A stretch of 64,000 bases of DNA from Fulvivirga sp. Lineage in GTDB: Bacteria > Bacteroidota > Bacteroidia > Cytophagales > Cyclobacteriaceae. The DNA is taken from positions 3,515,641 to 3,579,640 of the forward strand of contig OZ245762.1 in NCBI GenBank assembly GCA_965227525.1. The letters are read 5' to 3'. Within the stretch, counting starts at the first letter, position 1; each line of letters begins with the position of its first letter. Below are positions 17,992 through 27,263 of the stretch, piece after piece. Under the pieces are notes generated by a model, which saw nothing but the letters and a program-made list of their open reading frames with translations, ran no database searches and had not been told where the DNA came from. The position numbers and the translations under genes were made by a program.

Positions 17992-18903
17992 ATGAAAGCT
18001 ACACTAACATTTATCTTATTAACAAGTTGTACATTACTCTTTGGCCAAAAAGCAGATCTATTCCTACCAATTTCTAATCCACTCGCCAATCGTGATATTG
18101 CCATCTCACCAGATGGTAGTCTCTTATTATCTACCGCTCAAAGTATGAAGCGCGAGAAAAGTGTAATTATATTATCTCAGAAAATTGATGGTGCGTGGAC
18201 TGAACCAGTTATTGCGCCATTTTCCGGGGAGCACAGTGACCTGGAGCCAGCGTTTTCTCCCGATGGTAAAAGACTCTATTTTGCCAGCAACCGACCCACT
18301 TCAGGTAGTGAAGAGAAAAAAGATTTTGATTTATGGTATGTTGAAAGAAATGGCAACAGTTGGTCCGAAGCAGTTCATTTACCGGCAGTGATAAATACAG
18401 CTGCCAATGAGTTTTATCCCTCTGTAACCAACGATGGATCTATATTTTATACTGCCACTTACGAAAACACCAAAGGTAAAGAAGACATTTATGTAAGCCG
18501 ATTGAAAGATGGGGAATATCAGGCTCCTGTAAGTCTCTCGGCAAGTGTGAATAGTGCCACATGGGAGTTTAATGCTTTTGTGGCACCTGATGAGTCCTTC
18601 ATCATTTTTAGTAGTTTCGGTCGTGAAGACGATATGGGTGGAGGTGATTTATATATCAGCATGAAAAGTGATGACGGTGATTGGCAGCCTTCGAAACAAT
18701 TGCCAGACGTTGTAAATGGCTCAACACTAGACTATTGTCCCTTTGTTGATCATGAAGGTAACCTATATTTCACCAGCAGTAAGCCTGCTTACAAAGACAA
18801 TATGACATATAAAGAAATCGTAGCCACGCATGGCAAGCTAGAAAATGGGTTGGATAATGTGTATATCATTTCGCTGCCATTTGTTCTATCTTTAATGGAG
18901 TAA
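17992..18903 (+). CDS. PD40/TolB-like beta-propeller protein, secreted
   Basis: Signal peptide. Repeated PAFSPDGKRLYFAS, PSVTNDGSIFY, AFVAPDESFIIFSS and PFVDHEGNLYFTS units. Confidence 0.88.
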   Translation: MKATLTFILLTSCTLLFGQKADLFLPISNPLANRDIAISPDGSLLLSTAQSMKREKSVIILSQKIDGAWTEPVIAPFSGEHSDLEPAFSPDGKRLYFASNRPTSGSEEKKDFDLWYVERNGNSWSEAVHLPAVINTAANEFYPSVTNDGSIFYTATYENTKGKEDIYVSRLKDGEYQAPVSLSASVNSATWEFNAFVAPDESFIIFSSFGREDDMGGGDLYISMKSDDGDWQPSKQLPDVVNGSTLDYCPFVDHEGNLYFTSSKPAYKDNMTYKEIVATHGKLENGLDNVYIISLPFVLSLME

Positions 18904-19484
18904 TGGACGAGCTACTTGATAATATAAGGCGATGTACAACATGTGAATCCCACTTACCATACCCTCCTAAACCTATAGTACAAGCAAGTCTACATTCTAA
19001 AATTGCGATTATTGGTCAGGCGCCTGGTCTTAAAGTACAAGAAAGTGGCATACCCTGGGACGACAAAAGCGGAGATGCGCTGAGAGGATGGTTGGGTGTA
19101 ACCAAGCAGCAATTTTACGACCCTAACATATTTGCCCTTATTCCAATGGGATTCTGCTATCCAGGCAGAGGTAAATCTGGTGATCTTCCTCCAAGACCAG
19201 AGTGTGCTCCTCTGTGGCATGAACAATTGTTAGAATCAGCAAGTAGCATAAGGGTAACATTGCTTATCGGACAGTATGCACAAAAGTACTATCTGGGAAA
19301 AAGTGTAAAGTCAACACTTACAGCCACTGTCCAATCATTTCGAGAGTATTTGCCCGACTATCTCCCTTTGGTTCACCCTTCGCCACGCAACAATATCTGG
19401 AAAAGTAAAAATCCATGGTTTGATAAAGAGGTGGTGCCTGCGTTGCAAGATGTGGTAAGAGAGGTTTTAGCAGGAGGTAAATGA
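18903..19484 (+). CDS. Uracil-DNA glycosylase family protein
   Basis: IGQAPG, PMGFCYPG..GDLPPRPECAPLWH and HPSPRN motifs. TAATG overlap with the upstream gene. Confidence 0.88.
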   Translation: MDELLDNIRRCTTCESHLPYPPKPIVQASLHSKIAIIGQAPGLKVQESGIPWDDKSGDALRGWLGVTKQQFYDPNIFALIPMGFCYPGRGKSGDLPPRPECAPLWHEQLLESASSIRVTLLIGQYAQKYYLGKSVKSTLTATVQSFREYLPDYLPLVHPSPRNNIWKSKNPWFDKEVVPALQDVVREVLAGGK

Positions 19485-19533
19485 TATAGCTCAGTATTGA
19501 CTCAGACTACTTATGGCAGCTAAAGGCATGAAT

Positions 19534-19561
19534 AAAAAAAAGCCGCATTGCAGCGGCCTTT
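19534..19561 (-). terminator. Rho-independent terminator
   Basis: On the minus strand AAAGGCCGC-TGCAAT-GCGGCTTTTTTTT, between convergent genes. Confidence 0.8.
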
Positions 19562-19590
19562 CTCACCTATCCAACACAATCTATGAAAAA

Positions 19591-22023
19591 CTAAAAATCT
19601 CCGTCCTCTCCTCCATCAAAGTCTCTATCCTGACGGGATCTTTGTTTCTTCTGATTGATTCTATATGTGAAAGACAATCTCACTTGTCTTGCCCTCCACT
19701 GAAACTCACTCTCCTCTATGAAATTGACTGTTTCTGTCTCTCCTCTGTATTTTCTATTATTCAGTAAGTCTCTTACCGATAGACTGATTGTTCCTTTTTT
19801 GTTAAAGACATCAGTATTTGCACCCAAATCGATCGAAGTAATACTTCTGCGAACTCCCTGAGTCGTATTTTCTGGTGCTCTGTAGTTTACACTTAATTGT
19901 AAATCGTATTTCTCGATTTTAAAGCGGTTATTTAACCTAAATCTTGCCGTATAAGTATCACGACTCAAATCAATATCATTGAAGGATCCTTCTGTAACTG
20001 CTCGGTAGAAATTGAAATTACCATTAACATTTAGCCAGTCAGTCGGGTCTGTATTGAAGTTAGCCTCGACACCAAATGCGTTTTCTGTACCAATATTTCT
20101 CGGCATTGAGATCGTATTGATCCCATCAGCAGATATCTCAATTCTGTCAATCACCTGTGTAGTATACCTATAGTAAGCGCCTACATATATTGACGATTTG
20201 TTTAAGTTGTTTAACAATCCGACTTCATAAGAATCAGCATACTCAGGATCCAGATCAGTATTACCCATTCTAATGTTTCTTGGGTCGCTAAAAGATGAAA
20301 ATGGATTGAGGTACCAAAACCTTGGCCTCGACAAACGTCTACTATAACTCGCCTGAAGCGTACGCATATTATTTAGTTTATAAGAGATAAATGCGCTTGG
20401 GAAGAAGTTAAGGTACTCTTTATCATTGGTTTCATCAGTTTCTCTTTGAAAGGTTGTAATGAAAGTCTGCTCTGCACGCATCCCTACCTGATAGCCCCAC
20501 TTATCCATCTTATTTTCAAATATTGCATATGCTGCGTGTACATCTTCATTGTAGACGAAGAAATTGGAAAAATTACCAAATGGTTGCCAGTTGCCAGATC
20601 CGTCAATCTGCTCAAGTGTCACATCGCTACTTATCTCCCTAAAAGTTCCGCGGTATCCGGCTTCAAACTTTTTACCATCATCAAAAGGGTAAACATAATC
20701 TACCTGAGTCAGTATGTTTTGATCTCCCTGCTTATTGATTGACCGCTGATATTTAATCAAATCAGAGTCCGTAAGTATATTAGCCGAGTCGATTGACGAA
20801 GCTTCTGTCTCATCGTTATCCCGGTACTGAAACTCAGCCACTAGTTCATGCCCCTCGCCTTTCATCGTTCTGCGATAGGTCATCTGATATTCGTAGTTAT
20901 CATCATCTTCCTTCTCAGTATCTTTTCGAAAAGTGTTATTGAAAAGCACTTGATTCGCATTTCTATCAAAATAGGTGATCTCTGTTATGTTTTCTTCATC
21001 AGAAATTCTGGTCAAACCACTGGCAGTGATAATATTGTTTTCATTTATGTAAAAATCAGTACCTATTCTAAAGTTGTGTGAGGTACCTGTTCTTAGCCTG
21101 TCATTGTCAATATATGTGAAAAGTGTGGTATCGTTACTTAATGTAGTACGATCAGTAAAACCTCCTCCAGGATTTTCTCTGTAGTTAATGCCATAGCTGC
21201 CGAAAAGATTGAAGCTACCCGTTCTGTAATTTACGTTTCCAGAAAACCCATAATTGGCAGGATAACCTGTGTTTGCAGTAAATGAACCATTAAAACCCTT
21301 TTCTCTTTCTTTTTTAAGAATGATATTGATAATACCTGCAGAGCCCTCGGCATCATATCGAGCCGATGGATTGGTAATAACTTCTATACGCTCAATTAAA
21401 TCTCCCTGTAGCTGACGCAGACCATCGGCATTGCTAATCCCTACAAGTCCGGAAGGTTTACCGTTCACAAGTATACGTACATTACCACTCCCTCTTAAAC
21501 TCACATTACCTTCAACATCAACACTTACGGAGGGAAGATTGTCCATAATCTCGGAAGCATTAGCACCAATATTGGCCAAATCTTCACCAACATTAAAAAC
21601 TCGTTTGTCTAACTCAAGTTGCATTTGACTTTTGTTGGCAGAAACTACGACTTCATCCAGCGTCTCAGTATCTGAAGAAAGCTTAACCCTACCAATATCA
21701 ATTATTCGATTGTCTCTGCTAAAAGCTATGTCATTTATATATTTTGTTTCGTAGCTAATAAATTGAAGTCTGAGTATATGTGGACCTGGCCGACCCGAAA
21801 TTTCGAACTTACCCGAAGGGTCGGTGATTGAGCCGTCTACCAACGTACTGTCAGCTTTTTTAAGCAAACTCACAGATGCATACTCCAGCGGCTTGCCAGA
21901 TTCAGCATCTATGATATAGCCCGAAATTTTAAATGGATTCTCTCCTGTACGCTGCCTACCCTGCTGCGAATATGTGGTGCCTACTACGAATAGTAATACT
22001 GCTAAAAATATAAGTTTTCTCAT
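19591..22023 (-). CDS. TonB-dependent receptor / outer-membrane beta-barrel protein
   Basis: Likely start MRKLIFLAV at 22023 (ORF open to 22071). N-terminal CarboxypepD_reg-like domain, plug (NLPSVSVD..LRG..ILVNGKP, IEVITNPSARYDAEG) and barrel with terminal RLSFTYR. Confidence 0.9.
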   Translation of the reverse strand: MRKLIFLAVLLFVVGTTYSQQGRQRTGENPFKISGYIIDAESGKPLEYASVSLLKKADSTLVDGSITDPSGKFEISGRPGPHILRLQFISYETKYINDIAFSRDNRIIDIGRVKLSSDTETLDEVVVSANKSQMQLELDKRVFNVGEDLANIGANASEIMDNLPSVSVDVEGNVSLRGSGNVRILVNGKPSGLVGISNADGLRQLQGDLIERIEVITNPSARYDAEGSAGIINIILKKEREKGFNGSFTANTGYPANYGFSGNVNYRTGSFNLFGSYGINYRENPGGGFTDRTTLSNDTTLFTYIDNDRLRTGTSHNFRIGTDFYINENNIITASGLTRISDEENITEITYFDRNANQVLFNNTFRKDTEKEDDDNYEYQMTYRRTMKGEGHELVAEFQYRDNDETEASSIDSANILTDSDLIKYQRSINKQGDQNILTQVDYVYPFDDGKKFEAGYRGTFREISSDVTLEQIDGSGNWQPFGNFSNFFVYNEDVHAAYAIFENKMDKWGYQVGMRAEQTFITTFQRETDETNDKEYLNFFPSAFISYKLNNMRTLQASYSRRLSRPRFWYLNPFSSFSDPRNIRMGNTDLDPEYADSYEVGLLNNLNKSSIYVGAYYRYTTQVIDRIEISADGINTISMPRNIGTENAFGVEANFNTDPTDWLNVNGNFNFYRAVTEGSFNDIDLSRDTYTARFRLNNRFKIEKYDLQLSVNYRAPENTTQGVRRSITSIDLGANTDVFNKKGTISLSVRDLLNNRKYRGETETVNFIEESEFQWRARQVRLSFTYRINQKKQRSRQDRDFDGGEDGDF

Positions 22024-22044
22024 GTCGATCATAAAATTATAACT

Positions 22045-22052
22045 CAAATGTA
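22045..22052 (-). promoter_or_regulatory. Bacteroidota -7 promoter element TACATTTG
   Basis: Exact TAnnTTTG match on the minus strand, 22 nt upstream of the receptor ATG. Confidence 0.65.
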
Positions 22053-22061
22053 GGAGATAGG

Positions 22062-22100
22062 TTTGAGCCAAATCTGAATCAATTTTGAAGGAAATTTGAA
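22062..22100 (-). promoter_or_regulatory. Candidate OmpR-family operator: four hexamers at 11-bp period
   Basis: Plus-strand TTTGAG 22062, TCTGAA 22073, TTTGAA 22084, TTTGAA 22095. Confidence 0.6.
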
Positions 22101-22129
22101 GTTTTTACTTTACTGGACTGAAACCGAAT

Positions 22130-23386
22130 TTAATTGTTAAAAATAATTTCAATTCGGTGCCTTTTATTGTCATAGGTATACGATATGGTGAAATCATTTA
22201 CGTCACATATCTTCTTAACTATAGCCAACCCTAAACCCAGTGACTGCTTGCTTTGATTTCCTTTTTTAAAGCGATCGAAGAGCTCCTGCGGGTTTACTAA
22301 CAAGGGCTCTCCTGTGTTTGAAATTTTGAGTGACTTTTTAGTCAACACTACACTCATTTCACCCGACTCCAAATTATGCCTGATCGCATTTTGCAATAGG
22401 TTGGTGAGCAAAATACTACATAATGCAGCATCGATCTTAACCTTTACATTGCCTTCAATTTTCTTATTAAGTGCAATTGACTTTAAGTTTATAAGCTCTT
22501 CAAAATCATATATCTGCCGCTCAAGCGTAGAACTTATGTTCACTTCATCTCGTTTTGCAAACTCCAGATTATCAATCTTTGTCAATAATGACAATGCCTC
22601 ATTGAGTTTTGATAATCTTCTCAATGAACTTTGTGCAGAAGCAATCATGGCTGACTGTTCATCGGTTATATTTTCTGAATTTAAAAGCATCTCCAATTTA
22701 CCATTTGCAATCGAGATCGGTGTTTGCATCTCATGAGCGGCATTTTCAGTAAATTCTTTCATCACTTCATAATCCCTACTCATTTTTCTGGTCATTTCAT
22801 TGAGAAACCGATTGAGCTTATCAAACTCTGTAGTATTCGATTTGGGAAATTCTTCATTACCCTTTTGCTGTAAACTGAAGTCTTTAATGAGACCTAGTGT
22901 TTTGTTAAAGGGCTTTAAAAGCCAGAGAGAAGTAAGGCCACTCAATATCAGTACTACAACAGTTAACAGCACATACATTTTAATCAATGACTCTTGCACC
23001 CCTTCTGCAATGTCATCCTCTTCTACAATAAGGTCGTAGAGGCTTATTTTATATAGTCTGTTATTTATTTTCTTTACTACATCCAGTTTGACATGCGGCT
23101 CCATACGCTGCAGTGTGGCATGCATCACCAATGTATCAGAAAAAACGATTTCTGATTCTGTACCTTCAAGCAGGGGTTCTATACTTATTTTATCTCTTTT
23201 TAATGGCTTATCCAGATTCCTTCTTTCAATCATATTGGTGGCCGATGAGAGTCGTTCTTTAAGAAACCGTTGCTCCTCAAGATCTACCTCTCTATTTATC
23301 ACTTCAAATGTGATTAGGCCTCCCAGCAAAAAGACTACAAGAGAGATTAAGAGGTATATTATGGTTATTTTTAGAATCAGACGCAT
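22130..23386 (-). CDS. Sensor histidine kinase (HisKA/HATPase)
   Basis: Two TM segments, FTENAAHEMQTP, LLTNLLQNAIRHN and SLGLGLAIVKKI. Confidence 0.93.
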   Translation of the reverse strand: MRLILKITIIYLLISLVVFLLGGLITFEVINREVDLEEQRFLKERLSSATNMIERRNLDKPLKRDKISIEPLLEGTESEIVFSDTLVMHATLQRMEPHVKLDVVKKINNRLYKISLYDLIVEEDDIAEGVQESLIKMYVLLTVVVLILSGLTSLWLLKPFNKTLGLIKDFSLQQKGNEEFPKSNTTEFDKLNRFLNEMTRKMSRDYEVMKEFTENAAHEMQTPISIANGKLEMLLNSENITDEQSAMIASAQSSLRRLSKLNEALSLLTKIDNLEFAKRDEVNISSTLERQIYDFEELINLKSIALNKKIEGNVKVKIDAALCSILLTNLLQNAIRHNLESGEMSVVLTKKSLKISNTGEPLLVNPQELFDRFKKGNQSKQSLGLGLAIVKKICDVNDFTISYTYDNKRHRIEIIFNN

Positions 23387-24067
23387 TTATAAATTCGAAT
23401 TAAATTTATATCCCGAGCCGTACATGGTTTGTATATAATCCTTGCCACCTGCTGTCGTAATTTTCTTCCTCAGATTTTTTATATGCTGGTATACAAAGTC
23501 AAAAGAGTCCATTGCATCCATATAGTCCCCCCACAAGTGTTCAGCGATAGACTGCTTTGTAAGCACTCTGTTTTTATTGACAATTAAGAATAACAACAAG
23601 TCATATTCTTTCCGAGTGAGGTCAAGTACAGCTTCACAGACAGTTACTTCGATGGTAACTGTATCAATGGTAATCTCATTAAATATCAATTTACTATGCC
23701 CGCTCATTTGCCTTCTTCGGTAAATAGCTTTTACTCGCGCATTTAGTTCAGATAAGTGGAAGGGCTTAGGCAAATAATCATCAGCTCCCAACTCTAAGCC
23801 TTTAACTTTATCGTCAAGCGCGTTTTTAGCCGAAATGATTAAAACCCCGATATCCGGATACTGAGATTTGATATATTCTAAGACCTCCATCCCTGAACCA
23901 TCAGGTAACATCAGGTCGAGTAAAACTACATCATAGTCAAAGCCAGATAGTTTATTTATTGCCTTTTGTTGGCCGGGTACAGTTTCTACAACATACCCCT
24001 CTTTAGCCATGTAGCCTGAGATATTTAGAGCTAGTTCCTCATGATCTTCTACAAGTAACAATTTCAT
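23387..24067 (-). CDS. OmpR/PhoB-family response regulator
   Basis: LLLVED, LLDLMLPDG, GADDYLPKPF, and winged-helix HIKNLRKKI..TMYGSGYKF. Confidence 0.95.
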   Translation of the reverse strand: MKLLLVEDHEELALNISGYMAKEGYVVETVPGQQKAINKLSGFDYDVVLLDLMLPDGSGMEVLEYIKSQYPDIGVLIISAKNALDDKVKGLELGADDYLPKPFHLSELNARVKAIYRRRQMSGHSKLIFNEITIDTVTIEVTVCEAVLDLTRKEYDLLLFLIVNKNRVLTKQSIAEHLWGDYMDAMDSFDFVYQHIKNLRKKITTAGGKDYIQTMYGSGYKFNSNL

Positions 24068-24091
24068 TGTCTTGTAAATTTATACCATCAA

Positions 24092-24108
24092 TTTGAAGAG
24101 ATTTTGAA
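24092..24108 (-). promoter_or_regulatory. Candidate autoregulatory operator TTTGAA-N5-TTTGAA
   Basis: TTTGAA at 24092 and 24103. Same motif and 11-bp spacing as upstream of the TonB-dependent receptor. Confidence 0.55.
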
Positions 24109-24208
24109 GTTAATTAAAGCTTTTTTAACAAAACAACTGTAATAAAATCATCTGATCACTCAAAGTACACATTCCAATCATCGCTCGGATGTGTTAGCCT
24201 GGTAAAAA

Positions 24209-24242
24209 AGCCATCCGACCGCTTAAAAGTGGTCGGATGGCT
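24209..24242. repeat. REP-like hairpin related to 15271-15303
   Basis: AGCCATCCGACC-gcttaaaagt-GGTCGGATGGCT (perfect 12-bp stem). Shares the TCCGACC..AGTGGTC core. Confidence 0.7.
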
Positions 24243-24253
24243 AATTACAAATT

Positions 24254-24282
24254 AAAAAAGGCCGCTTTGCAGCGGCCTTTTT
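24254..24282. terminator. Rho-independent terminator (bidirectional geometry)
   Basis: AAAAAAGGCCGC-tttgca-GCGGCCTTTTT downstream of the M43 protease. Confidence 0.85.
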
Positions 24283-24309
24283 GGTTTACAGGTTGTTGGT
24301 TTTAGTCAA

Positions 24310-26910
24310 CTATTGCTTCACAACCTTGTGAATAACGGTATTCTCACCGTCTGTTACTCTTACAAAATAGAAACCTGACTTTAATTCTGAAACATTGATT
24401 TCAGACTGGTTTCCAGTAAGTGTTCCTTTTTGCCATACTCTGCCAGCAGTGTTAATAATCACATAACTAGGAGACTCCATTTTACCTGAGTAGATAGTAA
24501 TTTGATCATGTGCAGGATTAGGGAACACAGAGAATCCAGCAGGAGCAGTTCCTTCTGAGGTTACAGAGCGAGCCATTGCTCTTGCTCCACCACCCACGCA
24601 GAAGTTTGTAGTTTCACTAGAACCAAATGCTCCGCCTGAAGCCAATGTGCTTCCACCTGAAGTAAGTGAGTAAGAGCCATTACCATAAGAACAGCAAATA
24701 CCATCACCGTAGGCATCACTAATTATAAAATCATAACAGCCATCAGCTAACTCGATAGCCTGGTTGATAGTCGATCCATCTGGCTGTGATCCATAAGTAC
24801 CTCCTGATGCAATTACAGTCGATCCGCTTCTGATTTCCCAGCTTGTTTCTTCAGGGTAGTTATCTAATGTGATAGAAAGGTTTACAGTGGTTGTACCACC
24901 TCCGCCACCACCTGACGAAGAAAGGCTCACGGCATCAACAGCCATATCACCTTGCCAGGTTGTACCAGTAGTTCCTACAAACCTTAGTTTTACGTTAGCT
25001 CCGGTGTAAGCGCCAAGGTCGACATTGGCTTCTTGCCAGCTATTACCCTGGTTGCCACTTTTTGACCAAACACTTGACCAGTTAGTACCATCCGTGGTAG
25101 CCTGTAAGTCAAGGCCTCCCATTGCTGATGCACCATACATATGATATCTAAATGAGAATGTAGCACTACTTGCTCCAGATAAGTCTAAGCAAGGGCTTTC
25201 AATGATTGCCGTTTTGTTTGAGTAGTTAGGGCTTGAAGATTCAATATACATGTAGAAGCTTCCTGCAAAGGCGCTAGATGGGCCTGTATTATTTGAAGGT
25301 GTTCCACCGCTTCTTCTAGTCCAGTCAAAGTCATCGCCACTAGCTTGTGCCCAAGCACCAAAACTACTTTCGAATCCTTCGCTATAACCTGGAGTTTCTG
25401 TCGCTCCACAAGTGAGGCCACCGCCTCCTCCACCACCGGTAGTGGTAGTTAAAGATATATTGTCTACAGTCATGTCTCCTCTGTATGATGAGCCTGTAGT
25501 TCCTTTAAATCTTAGTTTTACAGTCTCTCCTAAGTATGAAGAAAGATCAACACTGGCACTTGCCCAGCTATTACCCTGGTCTCCGCTTCTTGACCACACT
25601 TGATTCCATGTACCGTCAGTAGATGCTTCCAAAGCTAAAGTACCCATATTGGCACCATACATATGGTAATCAAAATCAAACGATGCGCTTGTCTCCCCAG
25701 AAAGGTCATAGCAAGGACTTTCTACAATTGCTACTTTGCTTGGGTAGTTAGGGCTTGATGCCTCAACATATAAATAGAATGATCCTTCATTTGCTGAAGA
25801 CGGACCAGTACTGCTTGACGGAGTTCCGCCTGAGTTACGTGTCCAGTTAATATCATCAGAAGATGACTGAACCCATCCTCCAAGACCTGACTCAAAGCCT
25901 TCACTATATGGGAAAGAAGATACAGTGCTTTCACAAGTGAAAGTACCTCCGCCTCCACCACCAGGATTGTACACTGGATCTAATAAGAAACCTTCACGGC
26001 CACCACCTGATGAAAAGGTAGCCTGCATTCTTGAATCCTGACCGGCTGAGAACATAAACATACATGCATCATCTACATAGTCCATGTAGTTCATAAACAT
26101 ATCGCTTTGTCCACCAGAACAGCTATTTGTACCAGCGGCAGGGCAGCCATAATTAGGGTTACCAGCTACAGGTGTGTCACTTACGAAGTCATCCTGATTA
26201 CAGTTACCGTCACCCCAGATGTGTCTGAGGTTTAGCCAGTGACCCACTTCATGTGTTGCTGTTCTACCACGGTCAAACGGTGCAGAAAGGTAAAAGCTAC
26301 CTCCACCAGATGCAGTTGCATCGCCAAAGTACTGAGGAGACATTACAACACCATCAGTGGCAGGATCACCGCCAGGAAATTGTGCATAGCCTAAGATACC
26401 ACCACCGATATCAGCCACCCACATATTTAGTATTCTTGCCGGCTCAATTGGAGGGTATGCTGATTTTACAGCATCGTTTGTACCCCAGGTTGAGCGGCTA
26501 TCAGCGTGTCTTTGAATCTCTAGAATTTCAAATCTGATATCAGTATCACCAGATCTTACACTTGTAAAGATTGAGGGCACATCGTTGTAGTCACTGTTCG
26601 TAGCACTAAAATCTTTATTCAAACGGTCAATTTGAGATTGAACCTGTGCATCAGAGATATTTTCCTGGGAGTTTTCATATACCACGTGAATGATACACGG
26701 GATTATAATTTGCCCATTTGCCTGACGATTTTCAGGATTTTGAACAAACCTCTCTGTAAGTGCTTGAATTTCAGCCTGTCGTTGCGCATAATCAGGATTA
26801 TTGGCCAAATGCCTTTCATGGACTTCCTGAGAAGCACAATGTCTTTCCTGGGCATTGGCAAACTGCATACAGCCTGCTAAAGCACCAATCATTAGTAAAC
26901 GTTTAATCAT
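24310..26910 (-). CDS. T9SS-secreted M43 (pappalysin/ulilysin-like) metalloprotease with two MAM domains
   Basis: Propeptide Cys (RHCASQ), HEVGHWLNLRH (26221-26253), Met-turn NYMDY. Two FES..W..DD..W..GGTPS..TGPSSA..G.FY MAM units separated by poly-Gly linkers. CTD FPNPAH..SGFYFVRV..HKVVKQ. Confidence 0.92.
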   Translation of the reverse strand: MIKRLLMIGALAGCMQFANAQERHCASQEVHERHLANNPDYAQRQAEIQALTERFVQNPENRQANGQIIIPCIIHVVYENSQENISDAQVQSQIDRLNKDFSATNSDYNDVPSIFTSVRSGDTDIRFEILEIQRHADSRSTWGTNDAVKSAYPPIEPARILNMWVADIGGGILGYAQFPGGDPATDGVVMSPQYFGDATASGGGSFYLSAPFDRGRTATHEVGHWLNLRHIWGDGNCNQDDFVSDTPVAGNPNYGCPAAGTNSCSGGQSDMFMNYMDYVDDACMFMFSAGQDSRMQATFSSGGGREGFLLDPVYNPGGGGGGTFTCESTVSSFPYSEGFESGLGGWVQSSSDDINWTRNSGGTPSSSTGPSSANEGSFYLYVEASSPNYPSKVAIVESPCYDLSGETSASFDFDYHMYGANMGTLALEASTDGTWNQVWSRSGDQGNSWASASVDLSSYLGETVKLRFKGTTGSSYRGDMTVDNISLTTTTGGGGGGGLTCGATETPGYSEGFESSFGAWAQASGDDFDWTRRSGGTPSNNTGPSSAFAGSFYMYIESSSPNYSNKTAIIESPCLDLSGASSATFSFRYHMYGASAMGGLDLQATTDGTNWSSVWSKSGNQGNSWQEANVDLGAYTGANVKLRFVGTTGTTWQGDMAVDAVSLSSSGGGGGGTTTVNLSITLDNYPEETSWEIRSGSTVIASGGTYGSQPDGSTINQAIELADGCYDFIISDAYGDGICCSYGNGSYSLTSGGSTLASGGAFGSSETTNFCVGGGARAMARSVTSEGTAPAGFSVFPNPAHDQITIYSGKMESPSYVIINTAGRVWQKGTLTGNQSEINVSELKSGFYFVRVTDGENTVIHKVVKQ

Positions 26911-27263
26911 ATTAATTTGGTTTAAGGTTGAAAATACGTATCAAAATATCCAACCCTAACCAAAAAATGGTAGGCATATAAAATATACATCCGAGAAGCC
27001 ACCTTAATAAAGGCAGTTGGTTCAGGTTGAAAATTTGACTACGCTATTTATTAAATTTTTATTACAACACATAATTTATATGGCCTTTATTGCAATATTC
27101 AGTATTTAATTTTATGTCATCTGTAAATCTCAATATTTTCTACCTTTAATGTTTGAACAAACGTTTGCATAGATTATTCTATTTTATTTTTGTGTAACAT
27201 TTGAAAAAATTCTTTAAACAATTTATCTATGCATACGTTGCAACTGAGTAATAAGAAAAGTTA

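Noticed and set aside
26911-27263. 353-bp AT-rich gap upstream of the B12-binding MerR as a possible cobalamin riboswitch or sRNA
   Set aside because: I see no B12-box or conserved GC-rich stems. It is consistent with two divergent promoters.
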